The notes beneath the pieces are model-generated. The model was not told where the DNA came from and made no database searches. It saw only the letters and a program-made list of their open reading frames with translations. The position numbers and the translations under genes are program-made. Below are positions 60,090 to 64,000 of a stretch of DNA of 64,000 nucleotides, in pieces. The DNA is from Acidobacteriota bacterium (GTDB lineage: Bacteria; Acidobacteriota; UBA890; WLXD01). Location: NCBI GenBank assembly GCA_963666055.2, contig CAXWPH010000014.1, positions 224,001-288,000 of the forward strand, read 5' to 3'. Within the stretch, counting starts at the first letter, position 1. Every line of letters begins with the position of its first letter.

Positions 60090-62536
60090 ATGAGTCCCAC
60101 CCGCCATCGCACGAACGCGCTCCTGTTCAGTGTGCCGCGGACGCCAAACCGCTCGTGCCACCGCCGGCTGTGGCTAGCGTGCGTGGTGATTGCCGGCGTA
60201 GCGGCGCCGGGGCTCGGCACCGGGCTGGCCTTGGGGCAAGGGTTCCGAGAACTACTGATCGAGGGGCACCCCGTGATGACGGCGGGCCGCACAGCGGCGC
60301 TAGTTTGGCGATCTGCCGATGGTCGGACGGGCGCCAGCGTATATGCGGCGGTACCGCCAGAAACGCCCGCCCGGCGCCTCGGCCCGGCGTCGCCTGGCGA
60401 CGACGGCCAGCCGGCGGGCGCCGCTCGAGCCGATGGCTCGACCTGGGTGATAGCGTCGCGCTCTGGCGGCTCGCGAAGCCGTCTCTGGGCGCAACACTTT
60501 GACAGGGGACGCTGGCTCCGGGCCGAGCGTGGCCCTTCGGCTGGGCGATACGATCGCCACCCTGCGTTAGCCTCGGGCGGCGAGGCTCTGTGGGCAGTGT
60601 GGATTGCATCCGAGGAGTTCGGCAGCAGCGGGCGCCCGGGGCTCTACGCCTCGCGTCGATCGGGTGACGGCTGGACGCCGCCCGAACGCTTGCCGCAACC
60701 GCGCGGCGAGCCCATGGCCCCGGTGATTGCCGTCGATGCTGGCGGGCTGCCAGCGGTCGCCTGGGCCGCCGGTGACCGTGGACACTCCGAGATCTGGATC
60801 AGCTGGCGCGGACCAACAGGGTGGAGCGCTCCGCTTGCGCTAACCGACGACGAAACGCCCGATGTTTCGCCGAGCATAGCGGTGAGCGGCGACCGCTGGG
60901 TCGTAGCGTGGAGCTCCTTCAGGCAGCGCGGCTATTGGACGGAGGTGACTGTCGGGAATCCCAAGCGAGGATGGGAAACGCCCCGTAGAATCTCACGCCG
61001 TGCTGGCAGCTCTCCGGTGGCGTTGGCTACCGAGGGGGAGCTGGGTTTGATTTGGGCGGTGCCCGAGAACTCTCCAGCGTCGACGCGAAGTGTCCTGCGG
61101 TGGAGTCGCCTTGTTGAAGATTCGTGGCGACGGCCCCGGGATCTAGTGCTGTCTGCCAACGCCAACATTGCCGCCGCAGCCGGTGCCGACGGCCGACTGC
61201 GTTTGGGATGGACGAACCTGCGCGGCGGCTTGACGATGGCCGAGAGTGCCGGCGCCCTGTTCCGAGATCGGGCGACTGAGCTTCAAGTGGTTTTGGGACA
61301 GACCGGCGATGCGGCTCCAGTGAGCTCGTTCCCTCCACCGGTCGTGCCCAAGATCTCCTCGGCTCGCCGTTGGCTGGCTTTCGGCGACAGCATCACCGAC
61401 GGCTACACGCTCGTCGGTGGCAAGCCGGTGATCGATCCGGGCTATCCGGACAACCTTCGGTCGCGGCTCGGTGCAGCGCTCCCCGGGGGCGCTGAAGTTT
61501 TCGACGGTGGGGTCGGCGGCGAGACCACCGTAGCCGGCTTGAACCGCTTCGCTGGAGCACTCGCCGGGACGGCCGCCACGGGCGTGGTGATCATGGAAGG
61601 AACGAACGACATCAGCGTCGGGTTCGCCGCTTCGCTGTCGGCGTTCAATCTCCTGCAAATGGCGATCCTCGCCGCGGGGTCCGGAGTGACAACCCTGCTC
61701 GCGGCTGTCCTGCCACGCAACGAGCAAGGGTTCGGCGGCAGCCGCAACGCAGCCACCAACGACCTCAACGGCCGGCTCCCCGCGGCGGCGGCCGCCGCAG
61801 GTGCGACTGTGGTGGATACGCACGGCCCGTTCATGGGGCGCAGTGATCTGTTCGTCGACCACCTACACCCGTCTCCCGCCGGCTACGACTTTCTCGGCGG
61901 CCTCGTGTTCAGCGCCATCAATGCGCTGCCGCCGGAGGGTGGGGGGGGGGCGAAACGACGGCCCCGGGCCCCCCCGGAGAGCTGGAAGTGGTGGTCGACA
62001 GCTCGACTGTAACGGTGAGCTGGGATGCGCCCACCTCCGGAGGTGCGCCGACCTCCTATCGGATCCAGGCGGGCTCCGCTCCTTTCGGCAGCGATCTCGC
62101 AGATTTCGATACCGGTAATTCCAGCACGTCGCTCACCGCCACGAATGTTGGCGCTGCGACCATCAACATCACCGTGCGGGCGGTCAACGCGGCCGGCACG
62201 AGCGCGCAATCCAACAACGTATTAGCCACAATCACCGGTGGCACAAGCACGTGCACGGCGACGGCCGGCGTGCCGTACGGCCTGACCGCATCATCCAGCG
62301 GCTCCAGGGTAACCCTCAGCTGGGCGCTAGGGCCCGGCCAGGACGCCACCTCGTACATGATCGAAGTGGGATCGGCGTCGGGGCAGTCCGACCTGGCCAG
62401 TTTCGAGACCGGCAGCTCGGCCACCACCTTCGTGGCCGACGGCGTCGCTGCCGGCACCTATTTCGTGCACGTGCGCGCCGTCAACTCGTGCGGGATCAGC
62501 GGCGCTTCGGGGGAGGCGATCCTCATCGTCTCCTGA
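60090..62536 (+). CDS. Secreted SGNH/GDSL hydrolase with an N-terminal beta-rich repeat region and two C-terminal FN3-like domains, split by a frameshift at a G10 tract (61941-61950)
   Basis: 'AFGDSIT', 'GVGGETT', 'EGTND', 'DHLHP'. One extra G gives 'GGGGETTAPGPPGELEVVVDSSTVTVSWDAP', continuing into ORF 61988..62536. Start uncertain. Confidence 0.78.
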
Positions 62537-62664
62537 CACTATTGCGCTGCGACGGAGACCGTGAGTGCGCTTTGTGCGTCATCACGTACCCTTCGTGGAG
62601 GTTGAAGCTGTGCCCAATGGCAGCGCTCAGCGTTATCTTTTCACCCCGAATCCGAAGGATCCAC

Positions 62665-63951
62665 ATGCGCCAAGGCAAGAGACTGATCCGCGTCGTAATC
62701 GCCATGCCCGCGTGGCTCTGTGTTGGGGCGGTTCTGATAACCGCCTGCGCCGCTCCGGACGACGGCGCGAGCGTGGCGGTCACCGCGTTCCATGGAGCCC
62801 GCCTCATTACCGGAGATGGCGCGGTGATCGAGGAAGCGGTTTTCCTCGTTGAGAACGACCGTTTCACGGATGTCGGGACGGCGGCGGACGTGGAGATTCC
62901 GACCGGTGCCACGCGTGTCGATCTCAGCGGCAACACCGTCATGCCGGCGATCGTCAACGCCCACATGCACCTGGCACCGGAGCGATCCGAACGGACCTCT
63001 CAGCTCCAGCACGTTGCGTACTATGGGGCCGGCGCCGTCGTCAGCCTCGGCCACGACAGCGGTGACGCGCCGTTCGAGATGCGCGGCGAGATCGTGCCCG
63101 ACGGCGCCCGGTCTCGCACCGCGGGACGAGGGATCACGTCCCCGGAGCCCGGGCGGTCGGAGGTCCCCTTCTGGGTTACCACCGAGGAAGAGGCGCGGGC
63201 CGCCGTGCAGGAACTGGCCGCCCAGGAGGTCGATATCGTCAAGATATGGGTCGACGATCGCGGCGGCCAATACGACAAGCTCTCCCCCGCCCTCTACGGT
63301 GCGATCATCGACGAAGCTCATCAGCACGGCTTGATGGTCGCCGCGCACGTCTTCAACCTCGAGGATGCAAAGGGGCTCCTTCGCGCCGGCATCGATGTCT
63401 TTGCCCACGGCATCCGTGACCTGGACGTCGACGACGAGCTGGTGACGCTGTGGACCGAGCGTCCCAACGTGGTCCTGATACCGAATCTCCCGGGCCCGGG
63501 AGTGGCGCGAGACCTCGGGTGGCTGAGCGGAACGGTACCGTCCGCCGAGCTGCAGCAAATGCAGGAGGATTCCGTAGATCGCCCAGCAGCCCAGGAGGCT
63601 TTCGGGATTCAGGGCCGGAATCTGGCAAGGCTCAGCGGCGTCGGCGTGACGATCGCGTTCGGCACCGACGGCAGCGCCGCGTGGGCACCCCACCAGGAGA
63701 TGGAGGACATGGTGAGGTCGGGAATGTCCCCCGCCGACGTCATCGTGGCCGCCACCAGTAGCTCCGCAGAGCTCATGGGCTGGGATGATGTGGGAACGGT
63801 GGCGGCCGGAAAGAGCGCCGACTTCATCGTCCTGGATGCGAACCCCCTCGAGGACATCACCCACACAAGGCGGATCTCATCGGTCTACCTGGGCGGCGCC
63901 AAGATCGACCGGCAAGCGATCGGCACGCGTCTCAGGGGCGAGATACCGTAG
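62665..63951 (+). CDS. Amidohydrolase family lipoprotein
   Basis: Lipobox 'ITAC', 'MPAIVNAHMH', 'VKIWVD', 'AAH', 'FAH', 'FGTD', 'GKSADFIVLDANPL'. Confidence 0.9.
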   Translation: MRQGKRLIRVVIAMPAWLCVGAVLITACAAPDDGASVAVTAFHGARLITGDGAVIEEAVFLVENDRFTDVGTAADVEIPTGATRVDLSGNTVMPAIVNAHMHLAPERSERTSQLQHVAYYGAGAVVSLGHDSGDAPFEMRGEIVPDGARSRTAGRGITSPEPGRSEVPFWVTTEEEARAAVQELAAQEVDIVKIWVDDRGGQYDKLSPALYGAIIDEAHQHGLMVAAHVFNLEDAKGLLRAGIDVFAHGIRDLDVDDELVTLWTERPNVVLIPNLPGPGVARDLGWLSGTVPSAELQQMQEDSVDRPAAQEAFGIQGRNLARLSGVGVTIAFGTDGSAAWAPHQEMEDMVRSGMSPADVIVAATSSSAELMGWDDVGTVAAGKSADFIVLDANPLEDITHTRRISSVYLGGAKIDRQAIGTRLRGEIP

Positions 63952-64000
63952 GGCGGAGCCGCATACGCCCTGGCGAGCATCGCCGCCGACTGGCGCGTTA

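Overview
GC-rich bacterial window, probably from an Acidobacteriota-like organism. This is inferred from the PadR + ADOP-type permease module, the alpha2-type GlyRS and the AroD-AroE fusion. Positions 1-49300 are mostly housekeeping and metabolic genes: metG, nth, glyQS, sugar-nucleotide genes, an NSAR/OSBS + GNAT pair, an M16 peptidase pair, sucCD, bioY, a trpEGDCFBA-chorismate mutase-DAHP synthase supra-operon with a candidate Trp/Tyr leader peptide, aroDE, eno-ftsB, a stand-alone ketosynthase, hydantoinase A/B, a DUF5916-like outer-membrane protein and a GDPD. Two diverged copies of a ~280-bp MITE-like element with compensatory stem changes lie at ~14.0 kb and ~49.4 kb. The most notable feature follows the second copy: a lower-GC five-gene operon (49741-53472) encoding a small hydrophobic Gly/Ala-rich precursor with an apparent Sec signal, SpoIIM/DUF95, Yip1, an ABC ATPase and a large membrane protein. 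This is the architecture of head-to-tail circular bacteriocin clusters, here in an apparently diderm host. Positions 53.4-62.5 kb form a decaying accessory region with internal deletions, a citrate synthase remnant and poly-G tracts. No rRNA, tRNA or CRISPR array was recognised. All family assignments come from motif recognition by eye, not from database searches.
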